Assembly: GCA_965222075.1 (NCBI GenBank)
Contig: OZ244937.1
Coordinates: 4,480,001-4,544,000 of the forward strand
Reading direction: 5' to 3'
From: Candidatus Latescibacterota bacterium
GTDB lineage: Bacteria; Latescibacterota; UBA2968; GCA-2709665
Length of the DNA: 64,000 nt
The position numbers and the translations under genes are program-made. A model generated the notes under the pieces. The model was not told the DNA's origin, did not search any database, and saw only the letters and a list, made by a program, of their open reading frames with translations. Shown here piece after piece: positions 28,498-37,288 of the stretch (positions within the stretch are counted from its first letter, which is position 1; the number at the start of each line of letters is the position of its first letter).

Positions 28498-29895
28498 ATG
28501 AAGGGATGTGCTGGAGCTTTTTTGCTGGCCTTTTTGCTGATGTCCTGCACGCGCGAACAGGCCCCGGGGCTCGTTTTGATCTCTCCCCACTCGGACGAGA
28601 TCCAAAACGAGTTTGAGGCGGCCTTCAAGCGCTACTACCGGGGAGAGGGGGGCCGTGAGATCTCATTAGAGTGGCTTGACGTTGGGGGGGGAACCAGTTC
28701 TATTCTGAGGTATATCAAATCGGAGTTTGGACGTAGGCCGGAGGGGATTGGGGTGGATGTCTTTTTCGGCGGCGGGCTGGACCCTTATGCGGAACTGGCC
28801 GAACTGGAGCTGTGTTCGCCCTACCGGCTGCCAGACGCGCTGCTTTCCCGGCTGCCGGAGGTCATCGGCGGGGTTCCGCTCTACGATCCGGATTATCGCT
28901 GGTACGGCGCGACGCTCTCGGGGTTCGGAATCGTTTACAACCGGAGGATATTAGACGAACACAACTTTCCGGTGCCAAAGACCTGGGCGGACCTGGGAGA
29001 TCCGAGGTTCGCCACGTGGGTGGGTTCGGGGGATCCCCGGACCAGCGGCAGCGTGCACATGGTCTACGAGTTGATCCTCCAGGCTTACGGGTGGGAGCGC
29101 GGGTGGGAGGTGATTACCACGCTGGGGGCCAATGTACGCCATTTTGGCTCGGGCGGTGCCCAGGCGCCAAGGGATGTGGCTGTGGGAGAGGTGGCCTACG
29201 GGCTTTCGATCGATTTTTACGCCTTGGCGCAGGTGGCTAAAGTGGGAGAGAAGTTTATAGGTTTTACCATGCCAGACAACCTGACCATTGTCAATCCGGA
29301 TGGACTGGCAATTCTCAAAGGCGCACCCAATATAGAGGCGGCACAAGCTTTTGTACGGTTTGTGATGTCGGCGTCCGGGCAGAAGCTCTGGTTTTTGAAG
29401 AAGGGGACGCCCGGGGGCCCCACCGTGACCCAGTTGAATCGGTTTACGGTGCTGCCCGACCTCTACGACCGGTTTCGGAGCGAGGCGGCGGTGTCGCTGA
29501 ACCCCTTTCAGTGGACCTCCAGTCTGATTTACGATTCGAGGATGGCCTCGGCCCGCTGGAGCGTGTTGAACGACCTGGTCGGGGTGCTGGTTATCGATTC
29601 TCACCCCCAGCTTCAGCAGGCCTGGAAGCGGGCGATGGAAGCGGGGGTGACACAGGGGGAGATCAAACGCCTGTCGGTGGCGCCCATTTCCGAGGCGGAG
29701 TGCCTGAGGTTGGGCGCACGGTGGCGCGATGCAAAGCTGCGCAACCGGATGCTGGCTGCGTGGACGGCGTTTGCCCAAAAGAAATACGGAGACCTCCACC
29801 AAAGCCCCTACCTTCAGGTGCTGGACGTTCTGACGTTCTGCTTCCCGCTGGGGATTGCAGGGGCGATGGTGCTTTACCTCTGGCGAATGCGGTGA
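28498..29895 (+). CDS. ABC transporter substrate-binding lipoprotein (AfuA/FbpA, Fe3+/thiamine-type)
   Basis: Lipobox LMSC, LISPH, DVFFGGG, GFGIVYN, PKTWADL, DPRTSGS, NPDGLAILKGAPN; extra C-terminal hydrophobic tail. Confidence 0.85.
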   Translation: MKGCAGAFLLAFLLMSCTREQAPGLVLISPHSDEIQNEFEAAFKRYYRGEGGREISLEWLDVGGGTSSILRYIKSEFGRRPEGIGVDVFFGGGLDPYAELAELELCSPYRLPDALLSRLPEVIGGVPLYDPDYRWYGATLSGFGIVYNRRILDEHNFPVPKTWADLGDPRFATWVGSGDPRTSGSVHMVYELILQAYGWERGWEVITTLGANVRHFGSGGAQAPRDVAVGEVAYGLSIDFYALAQVAKVGEKFIGFTMPDNLTIVNPDGLAILKGAPNIEAAQAFVRFVMSASGQKLWFLKKGTPGGPTVTQLNRFTVLPDLYDRFRSEAAVSLNPFQWTSSLIYDSRMASARWSVLNDLVGVLVIDSHPQLQQAWKRAMEAGVTQGEIKRLSVAPISEAECLRLGARWRDAKLRNRMLAAWTAFAQKKYGDLHQSPYLQVLDVLTFCFPLGIAGAMVLYLWRMR

Positions 29896-29905
29896 GTTCC
29901 TTATT

Positions 29906-30874
29906 ATGATTCGGATTTTTTCCTATTCAAAAGAGACGAAGCGGATGGAAATGCCGGGGATTGCGGAGCTCCCACGGCACATCGCCGACCGGGGGCGCAT
30001 AATCTGGGCGGATTTGGAAGACCCTACGGATGAAGAGACCGGGGTTCTGGGCGGAATTTTCGGGTTCCACGTGCTGGCGGTGGAGGACTGCATGCGCGGG
30101 TTTCACCTGTCCAAGATCAACCCGTACGACGGCTATCTGTTTCTGATCGTCCACGCTGTTGATTTCACTCTCGCAGAAGATGTGTTCGACACCCTGGAGG
30201 TGGGCATTTTTATCGGAGAAAATTACTTGGTGACCTACCACAAAAAGCAGGTCAAAGGTATTTTTAACACCCTGGGGCAGGTGGCCAAGAGTCCCGGGTC
30301 TCTGCTTCGGTCACCCGACTGGTTGCTGCATGGCCTCCTGAACACGCTGATCGACAACTATAAGCCGGTGCTCCAGAGGCTGGACGGCGGGATTGAGGCC
30401 CTCGAAGCGGGGCTTCTGGATTCCTCGAAAGAGGACCACCTCCACGAACTCCTGAAGCTGAAACGGGAAGTCTTTCACCTTCACCGGATTGCGGCGTCCC
30501 AGGGTGAGATTCTTCAGAAGATGGGGCATGGCGATCCGTCCTGCATCGGTGAGGAGAATCGGATCTATTTCCGGGATCTTTACGACCGCACCGTCCAGAT
30601 TTTGCAGGCTGCAGATCTCTACCGGGAAATGCTTTCTGGGGCCACAGAGACGGCCATGTCGATGGTTTTCAGGCGGATGAGTCGCGCTGTGAAGACGCTG
30701 GCGGTTGTTGCCACGCTGGTGATGCCGCTGACGCTGATTGCCGGGATCTATGGGATGAATTTTAGACGTATGCCGGGACTTGAATGGGAACATGGGTATG
30801 TTACAGCGCTGGGGGTGATGGCGCTGGTGGTGCTGGTGATGCTGGTGGTGTTTAAGAGGAAGCGGTGGTTTTAA
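29906..30874 (+). CDS. corA: Magnesium/cobalt transporter CorA
   Basis: FHVLAVEDC, YFRDLYD, signature AGIYGMNF..MPGLEWEHGY, and terminal FKRKRWF. Confidence 0.93.
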   Translation: MIRIFSYSKETKRMEMPGIAELPRHIADRGRIIWADLEDPTDEETGVLGGIFGFHVLAVEDCMRGFHLSKINPYDGYLFLIVHAVDFTLAEDVFDTLEVGIFIGENYLVTYHKKQVKGIFNTLGQVAKSPGSLLRSPDWLLHGLLNTLIDNYKPVLQRLDGGIEALEAGLLDSSKEDHLHELLKLKREVFHLHRIAASQGEILQKMGHGDPSCIGEENRIYFRDLYDRTVQILQAADLYREMLSGATETAMSMVFRRMSRAVKTLAVVATLVMPLTLIAGIYGMNFRRMPGLEWEHGYVTALGVMALVVLVMLVVFKRKRWF

Positions 30875-30977
30875 TGTGTGAAACGTGCCACCCCGTCTCA
30901 CCCCCAAAGCGAGAAGCCGGGGTTCCGGAGAAGGGTGGGGGGGGGTTCACGTTTGCCGTTTGCCTCAGGGATTGGCC

Positions 30978-32063
30978 ATGGTCAGCGTAAGACTGGAGAA
31001 CATCACCAAACGGTTTGACAACGTGGTGGCGGTGGATCGCGTCAGCCTGGAGATTCAGGAAGGGGAGTTCTTCTTTTTGCTGGGGCCTTCCGGGTGCGGC
31101 AAGTCGACCCTGCTGCGGCTGATCGCTGGGCTTTACCAGCCCGAAGGGGGGCGTATTTTCTTTGACGACCGGGAGATGACGGCGGTGCCTCCGAACGAAC
31201 GGAACACGGGCATGGTTTTTCAGAACTATGCCCTTTGGCCCCATATGACGGTTTGGAAGAACGTGGAGTACGGATTGACGCTACGGAAGGTCTCCCCGGC
31301 GGAGCGTCTCAGGCGGGTGAGCAAGGCCTTAGAGATGGTGCAGATGGAGGCTTACGAGAATCGGTCGCCCAACCAGTTGTCCGGGGGGCAGCAGCAGCGG
31401 GTCGCGCTGGCCCGGGCGCTGGTGGTGGAGCCGGATGTGGTGCTTTTAGACGAACCGCTCTCCAACTTAGACGCCCGGCTGCGCTTAGAGATGCGGGAGC
31501 AGATTCAGGAGTTGCACCGAGAGCTGGGCATTACCATGATCTATGTCACGCACGATCAGAAAGAGGCGCTTGCCATGGCCGACCGGATGGCGGTGATGCA
31601 GATAGGGCGGGTGGGGCAGGTGGGGAACCCCCGCGCGCTTTACGCGCGTCCGTCCAGCCGATTTGTGGCCGATTTTATCGGGGAGATCAATCTGCTTGCG
31701 GGCGAAGTGACCGCTGTTGATGATGAGGTCTGCGTGGAGACAGCGTTGGGAACGATTCACGGCCGGATGGCGTACGATGGTATTCAGAAGGGCGATCGGG
31801 TGCTTTGCGCTGTGCGTCCGGAGGCCCTGGCGTTTCTGGAAGGGGAACCGGCCAAGGGAGAAAACGTGGTGTCGGGGCAGGTACGAAACGTGGTCTACTT
31901 AGGCGACTTAGAACAGTACATCGTGGATCTGGTAGACGGCACGCAGGTGAAACTGGTGGAACACAACCCGCTGGAGCGCAAGGCGGGTGCGGGAGAGGGC
32001 GCGAGGCTGCGGTTCAGCCCCAATGCGGTTGTGATTTTGCAGGATGAGGGAGATCCCACATGA
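30978..32063 (+). CDS. ABC transporter ATP-binding protein (FbpC/PotA family)
   Basis: GPSGCGKST, MVFQNYALWPHMTV, LSGGQQQRVALARAL, LLDEPLSNLD, TOBE tail. Confidence 0.93.
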   Translation: MVSVRLENITKRFDNVVAVDRVSLEIQEGEFFFLLGPSGCGKSTLLRLIAGLYQPEGGRIFFDDREMTAVPPNERNTGMVFQNYALWPHMTVWKNVEYGLTLRKVSPAERLRRVSKALEMVQMEAYENRSPNQLSGGQQQRVALARALVVEPDVVLLDEPLSNLDARLRLEMREQIQELHRELGITMIYVTHDQKEALAMADRMAVMQIGRVGQVGNPRALYARPSSRFVADFIGEINLLAGEVTAVDDEVCVETALGTIHGRMAYDGIQKGDRVLCAVRPEALAFLEGEPAKGENVVSGQVRNVVYLGDLEQYIVDLVDGTQVKLVEHNPLERKAGAGEGARLRFSPNAVVILQDEGDPT

Positions 32064-33748
32064 TGCGGCGGTACGACCTGAACTGGCCTACCCTGGTTTT
32101 TCTGGGGGGGCTGGCTGTCTTTTTTGCCCTCTTCCTGTTCTACCCACTTTCGTACGCTTTTTACAATGCGCTGGTAGTTGATGGGGCGTTCTCCACTGTC
32201 TTTTTTGAATTGATGGTGACCAATCCCGTGTATTGGGAGGCGATTCTGAACAGCTTCCGGCTGGGGGTGGTCACGACGCTTGCGACGACCCTTATGAGCC
32301 TTCCGATCGCGTTTCTGCTGGTGCGTTACGACTTCCGCGGCAAGGGGATTCTCAACGGGCTGATCTTGGTACCGATGGTCCTACCCCCCTTCGTGGGGGC
32401 GATTGGCATGAAGCAGATGTTCGCCCGTTTCGGATCGATTAATTTGCTGCTGCTCGACCTGGAGCTTATCGATCAGCCGGTCGACTGGTTCGGTGGGGGA
32501 GGGTTTGTGGGGGTTGTGATTTTGGAGGTGCTGCACCTGTATCCGATTATGTACTTAAACGTCGCTGCGGCGCTGTCCAATATCGACCCCAGCTTAGAGG
32601 AGGCGGCACGCAACATGGGCAGTAGCGGGCTGCGGTTGTTTCGTTCGATCACGTTTCCCCTGATGCTGCCGGGCTACTTCGCCGGGGCGATTATCGTCTT
32701 TATCTGGGCGTTTACGGATCTGGGCACGCCGCTGATTTTTAACTACCGGCAGGTGGTGGCCGTCGAGATTTTCAATTCGATTTCGGACATCAACGAGAAC
32801 CCGATGGCTTACGCCTTGGTGGTTTTTGTGCTGTTGTTGACGGTTTTCTTCTTCTATCTTTCCAGGGTCCTGCTGGGGGGCAGGCGCTATGAGATGGTCG
32901 CCCGCGGGCATGTGGGGTCTGCGGTGCGTCCGGCCTCAGGCGGGCTGACGTTTCTGATCTACGGGCTGATGCTTTCCCTGACGGCTGTGGCCATGATTCC
33001 CCACCTCAGCGTGTTTCTGACGTCCATTTCCGAACGGTGGTTCATGTCGGTGTTGCCACAGGAGATCACCGGCAAGTACTACGGGCTGGCATTCGAACAT
33101 CCAATTGCCGCCAACAGCATTCGGATCAGCCTGATATTGAGTATTTTGAGCACTGTGGCCGATGTGGCGCTGGGGGTTGCGATTGCCTATCTGTTGTCCC
33201 GCACGCGCATCCCCTTCAAGGGGGTCATCGACGGGGTGGCCATGCTCCCCTTGGCTCTGCCGGGGCTGGTGCTGGCCTTCGGCTATCTGGCAGGGTATTC
33301 GGGGACGTTCCTGGATGCCCGAAACTATCCCGTACCTCTCTTGGTGATCGCCTATACGGTGCGCCGTTTGCCCTACATGGTCCGGTCGGCCTATGCGGGG
33401 TTCCAGCAGACGAGTATGGCCTTAGAAGAGGCCGCGCAGAACCTGGGCGCTTCGCGGATGCGAACGATGCTGCAGATTACGTTCCCGCTGATTCTGGCCA
33501 ATCTGGTGGCGGGGGGCATCCTCTGTTTCGCCTTTGCTATGCTGGAGGTTAGCGACAGTCTGATCCTGGCTTTCAAGGACGAATATTATCCGATTACCAA
33601 GGCGATTTACGCCCTGATGGGGCGGATTGCGGATGGTCCCTACATTGCCAGCGCCATGGGAATTTTCGGCATGGCGCTGCTTATGGTCGGCCTTTTTCTG
33701 GCCGGGCGGTTTTTGGGACAACGGATGGGAGAGCTGTTCAGGGCCTGA
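32060..33748 (+). CDS. Fe3+-type ABC transporter permease (FbpB-like, duplicated domain)
   Basis: Two EAA loops (DPSLEEAARNMG; ALEEAAQNLGA) and many TM segments. Confidence 0.9.
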   Translation: MMRRYDLNWPTLVFLGGLAVFFALFLFYPLSYAFYNALVVDGAFSTVFFELMVTNPVYWEAILNSFRLGVVTTLATTLMSLPIAFLLVRYDFRGKGILNGLILVPMVLPPFVGAIGMKQMFARFGSINLLLLDLELIDQPVDWFGGGGFVGVVILEVLHLYPIMYLNVAAALSNIDPSLEEAARNMGSSGLRLFRSITFPLMLPGYFAGAIIVFIWAFTDLGTPLIFNYRQVVAVEIFNSISDINENPMAYALVVFVLLLTVFFFYLSRVLLGGRRYEMVARGHVGSAVRPASGGLTFLIYGLMLSLTAVAMIPHLSVFLTSISERWFMSVLPQEITGKYYGLAFEHPIAANSIRISLILSILSTVADVALGVAIAYLLSRTRIPFKGVIDGVAMLPLALPGLVLAFGYLAGYSGTFLDARNYPVPLLVIAYTVRRLPYMVRSAYAGFQQTSMALEEAAQNLGASRMRTMLQITFPLILANLVAGGILCFAFAMLEVSDSLILAFKDEYYPITKAIYALMGRIADGPYIASAMGIFGMALLMVGLFLAGRFLGQRMGELFRA

Positions 33749-33763
33749 GAAAGGCAAGACGAG

Positions 33764-34699
33764 ATGCTCCTGGTCGGTGTGGCGCTGTTGCTGATTATTG
33801 TGGTTATTTTCGGTTTGACCGATGGGATCGGACGGCGGCGGAAAGAGGCGGCCTTTGACGCAGATCGGATGGCTGCGGAGGTGGCAAGCGTTACAGAGAA
33901 GGCTTTGGGTCTTTATGCCCAGAGTCGACGCCCGGTTGTGGGAGCCGTCCTCTTAGGGTTGATGGATCGGATAGGAGTGGACCGGGCGGTTGGAGTGGCA
34001 CATCTGGAACGGGTGGGATTCCCGTCCGATGGGCTGGTAGGCAGCGCCCCTCAGGGGAGGTCTCACCTGTTGGTCGTGCGTGCGGGAGAAGGCCTGGAGG
34101 ATGCCTTGGAACGGGCGATGCTCGTGGGCATCCAGGTGGCGCGCATCGATGACGACTATGCCTGTGTGGGGGACGATTATGCAGACCCGGAGGCGCTGGC
34201 GCGCCGGGCAGAAGCCGCAGAGATCGAGCTGTTTGGCGACGAGCGCCGGGAGCGCTATGCCCTCTACGAAAAGGCGGCGCTGGTTCTTCAGGATATGCTG
34301 CAGGACGACCCTGAAGGCGAACGGGGGGACATGATTCGGAACCTGCTGGAGGCCTTTGACGGGCGGATTGAATCGCTGCAGGCAGAACTGGAACAGGCCA
34401 TGGCAAAGGTGCCGGAGCCCGAGACGCTGGTGTGGGGCGATAGCCGGGACCGGCGGCTGTATTATTTCAAGATGGGGGTGACCAACTCCCTAAGGCGGAG
34501 CGGACACCTGCAAAGTCTGGGCCACCTCTACAGGCGCCAGGGTGTGAACTACGATGTGGAGGAGGCTTACGACTTGGCCGCGCAGGAATGCCCGCCGCTG
34601 GTGCTGGCCGGCCAGACCGAGATCGACCGGCTACTCAGGATGGGGCCTGCCGAGGTTCAGGGGCTGGTTCAACGGGCCCTGCCTGGAGACGACGGCTGA
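33764..34699 (+). CDS. Hypothetical protein with N-terminal membrane anchor
   Basis: Long ORF co-oriented in the operon; hydrophobic N-terminus; no motif recognised. Confidence 0.72.
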   Translation: MLLVGVALLLIIVVIFGLTDGIGRRRKEAAFDADRMAAEVASVTEKALGLYAQSRRPVVGAVLLGLMDRIGVDRAVGVAHLERVGFPSDGLVGSAPQGRSHLLVVRAGEGLEDALERAMLVGIQVARIDDDYACVGDDYADPEALARRAEAAEIELFGDERRERYALYEKAALVLQDMLQDDPEGERGDMIRNLLEAFDGRIESLQAELEQAMAKVPEPETLVWGDSRDRRLYYFKMGVTNSLRRSGHLQSLGHLYRRQGVNYDVEEAYDLAAQECPPLVLAGQTEIDRLLRMGPAEVQGLVQRALPGDDG

Positions 34700-34728
34700 A
34701 CGGGTTGGTGTAAAGAGGGTGGTGTCGT

Positions 34729-35859
34729 ATGTCCGAAAAGGTATCTGTGCTTTTTGTTCTGCCCGTTGGTTCGACAGAAGATGCCGCGGTTCAAGAGACG
34801 CTGCGAGGGATCTCGTCTCAGACCTATCCCTCTTCTCTGATTGAGGTGATTCGGGTCCAGTATGTACCGGCTGAGCCGGGGGCACGCACATCGGCGCTGA
34901 ACGCCGCGCGAGAGGGGGCCAGCGGGGCGTTTGTGGTCCATGCGGAACCGGGCGTGGTTTGGGATGGGAATAAGCTTGAGCAGCAGGTGCGTCGGCTTAA
35001 GGCCAGCCCTTCGGCAGGGGCGTGCGTGCACCGGATGACCGCTCGAAACAGCGATGGGAAGACCTGGGCGCTTGACCTGGGGGGAATACGCGCGTACGGC
35101 CCCCGCATCGGGTGTCTGCTGAGGTCGCCCTGGGGGCCTGGAGCGGCGATGCTTCAACAAGAGGTGATGGCGAGGGTGGGGGTCTACCGAAACGCAGAGG
35201 AAGTCCTGTGGGAGTATGCCATCCGCTTGGTGGAGAAAGGGCACGTTCTGGATCTCTTAGACGAAGACTTGGCGGTTTGGAACACAGATGCTCCGGTAGA
35301 GGAGCAGCGGCCCCTGGTGCCGGCACAGATCCGGTATGGGTTTTTAAAATCTCACCTGGACCGGACGTCACCGGAGGCCCTGTTTTCCAGCAAGTGCCCC
35401 GAATCGACCGGACGGCTCATACTGGCGGGACTTTATCAGAAGAACGACGATCTGGAGGCTTCCCATACCCTCTGCCAGGAAGCGGGCGGGCAGGCCGATG
35501 GCCCCGAGGCAAGCTACTGGCACGGGATTGTGCACCGGCGGGAACCCGATTTTTCCAATGCCAGGGGATGGTTTAAAAAGGCAGAAGGCCTGTCGGCCCT
35601 GCCCGAGATTTCTCGGGAGGTTGTGGCCTTCCTGCAGCGTGTGCTTCAAGTGCCCGACTACGGAGAGGCCCGGGAGGTGGCGCTGCGGTTTCTGCACCAC
35701 CTGCAGTCTCACGGGACGTGGGACCCCTTCTATTTTGTCGATTTGTGTGAGGCCTGCATGAGAGGGGGAACGACACAGGAGAGGCAGCTGCTGGAGAAGA
35801 CGCAGGAGATCGAATTCGACAGGATGTTTGACTGGACCTACCGGATGGCGACGGAGTAA
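34729..35859 (+). CDS. Degenerate GT2-like domain fused to a conserved helical domain of unknown function
   Basis: ISSQTYP..IEVI, ALNAAREGASG, WDGNKLEQQV (GT2-like); C-part ASHTLCQ...SYWHGIVHRREPDFSNARGWF. Confidence 0.7.
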   Translation: MSEKVSVLFVLPVGSTEDAAVQETLRGISSQTYPSSLIEVIRVQYVPAEPGARTSALNAAREGASGAFVVHAEPGVVWDGNKLEQQVRRLKASPSAGACVHRMTARNSDGKTWALDLGGIRAYGPRIGCLLRSPWGPGAAMLQQEVMARVGVYRNAEEVLWEYAIRLVEKGHVLDLLDEDLAVWNTDAPVEEQRPLVPAQIRYGFLKSHLDRTSPEALFSSKCPESTGRLILAGLYQKNDDLEASHTLCQEAGGQADGPEASYWHGIVHRREPDFSNARGWFKKAEGLSALPEISREVVAFLQRVLQVPDYGEAREVALRFLHHLQSHGTWDPFYFVDLCEACMRGGTTQERQLLEKTQEIEFDRMFDWTYRMATE

Positions 35860-36127
35860 AGGGAATGCGGCGCAGGAGTGGTGGAACCAGAAGCAGGGCG
35901 ATGCGCGCCTTCGGTCCGCTGTAGCTGGGGTTGCAGAGGGCCGAATAGCGCCAGACGCTGACCCCTTCCGGGGTGTAACTGCCGAAAAAGAGGATGCCGG
36001 AGTCGGTGATAGAGATCACGCTGACCAGGCGGTCTTCAGCATCGTCTCCGGGCACCCCGCTGATCTGCTTTTCGCTCGCGCTCGGAAACTCACCAGTACC
36101 GAACGGGTGACGGTTTTCAGATGTCTG

Positions 36128-36412
36128 TTATGCGTCCTTGTTTTTTCGGGACTTCTTATAAATGGGTTTCATGCGTTCGACAACTTCCTCATCGGTGGTG
36201 CATGAGGCGACGATTTGTGTGAATTCTTCCGCCGAGATGCCCAGTTCCTCCAGGAACCTTTTGTCTGCCCCTCACGGGTAGACATAATCTCCAATGGTCT
36301 CCCGGAGTTTGGCGCGCGCCTTGTCGGTGATGCGGGGCAGCCAGGAGATGCCCCCCATAGCAAGCATCCGGCTGCGGGGGCGGAAGTCGACGGCCGAGTT
36401 GAGTTTGTCCAT
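36128..36412 (-). CDS. DUF5069-family protein, predicted selenoprotein (Sec47), 94 aa
   Basis: AAGGAG RBS before ATG 36412. MDKLNSAVDFRPRSRMLAMGGISWLPRITDKARAKLRETIGDYVYP-TGA(36272-36274)-GADKRFLEELGISAEEFTQIVASCTTDEEVVERMKPIYKKSRKNKDA-TAA; family similarity continues on both sides of the TGA. Confidence 0.85.
36243..36258 (-). promoter_or_regulatory. Putative bacterial SECIS hairpin
   Basis: mRNA after UGA: GGGGCAGACAAAA-GGUUCC-UGGA-GGAACU. The stem GUUCC/GGAAC has a G-containing apical loop about 20 nt downstream of the UGA. Confidence 0.65.
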
Positions 36413-36575
36413 CAGATTTGCTCCTTTCACAGTGAAGTGATAATAGACTGGGTGTATCCCTTTATTTGATAATTTGATAACATAGGGAGTTTTGTGCCGA
36501 AAAGTCAAGGGTCCAATGGATGTCCTGGTCGGAGCGCGTTTCCACACCGATGGCCTCCCGGAGGGGTTATTCTCT

Positions 36576-37145
36576 TCAGGAGGTTTTGTATAGGGTTAAC
36601 GCGGTATCCCCGTACTCCTTCTGTTTGAGCATAGAGAGACGCGCGCATGCGGTGGGCAGGTCGAGTTGGGGGGTGTGTTGAAGCAGGACCACACCGGTTT
36701 CCCCGGCCAGGGCGGTCTGGCTGATGCGGATGAAGATCGAGAGGGCGATGGGGACGCCGTCGAGTTGCTGGTGATAGGGGGGGTCGAGGTAGATGGCGTC
36801 GAAGGGCATGCACTCTGCATCGAGCAGGGGGAGGAGTTTTTCGGCGGGTCGGGAGAGGAGCCGGATGCGGCCCTCGATGTCCCAGATTTTGAGCAGGTCG
36901 GCGATGGTGCGGCACCTGCGCCCCTCCGGTTCGTTCATCACCACCTTCGCACCCCGGCTGAAGGCCTCCAGTCCGATCTGCCCGGAACCGGCACAGAGGT
37001 CGAGAAAGCGCAGGCCGGTCAGGTCGCTGCCGAGGATAGAAAAGGCGGCTTCTTTGACCCTCCCGGAGGTGACCCGGGCATTTCCGTATTTTTTGATGTT
37101 GAAGGGGACGACGCGCCCTTTCAGGCTGCCGGTAATGATGCGCAT
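36576..37145 (-). CDS. rsmD: 16S rRNA (guanine966-N2)-methyltransferase RsmD
   Basis: MRIITGSLKGR, RVKEAAFSIL, FLDLCAGSGQIGLEAFSRGA, IYLDPPY, KEYGDT. Confidence 0.9.
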   Translation of the reverse strand: MRIITGSLKGRVVPFNIKKYGNARVTSGRVKEAAFSILGSDLTGLRFLDLCAGSGQIGLEAFSRGAKVVMNEPEGRRCRTIADLLKIWDIEGRIRLLSRPAEKLLPLLDAECMPFDAIYLDPPYHQQLDGVPIALSIFIRISQTALAGETGVVLLQHTPQLDLPTACARLSMLKQKEYGDTALTLYKTS

Positions 37146-37214
37146 CACAGGACTAAAAATACGCGATCCAGGACCCTTTGTCAATCTATTCCAGTATCTA
37201 AAAGCCCGCCGGGG

Positions 37215-37244
37215 TTGACTGGAAGGAGAGAAGTGTCTTATAAT
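37215..37244 (+). promoter_or_regulatory. Sigma70-type promoter
   Basis: TTGACT (37215-37220), 18-nt spacer, TATAAT (37239-37244). Confidence 0.6.
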
Positions 37245-37288
37245 ATAGAATTGGTATTTAAAGATCCATTACCGCAGAGACGCAGAGG

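Noticed and set aside
5597-34699. Other TGA stop codons as possible Sec sites (galU, mazG, mutarotase, FGE, HEAT, SBP, permease)
   Set aside because: Each falls at the apparent natural end of the protein, with no Cys-aligned position and no continuing homology.
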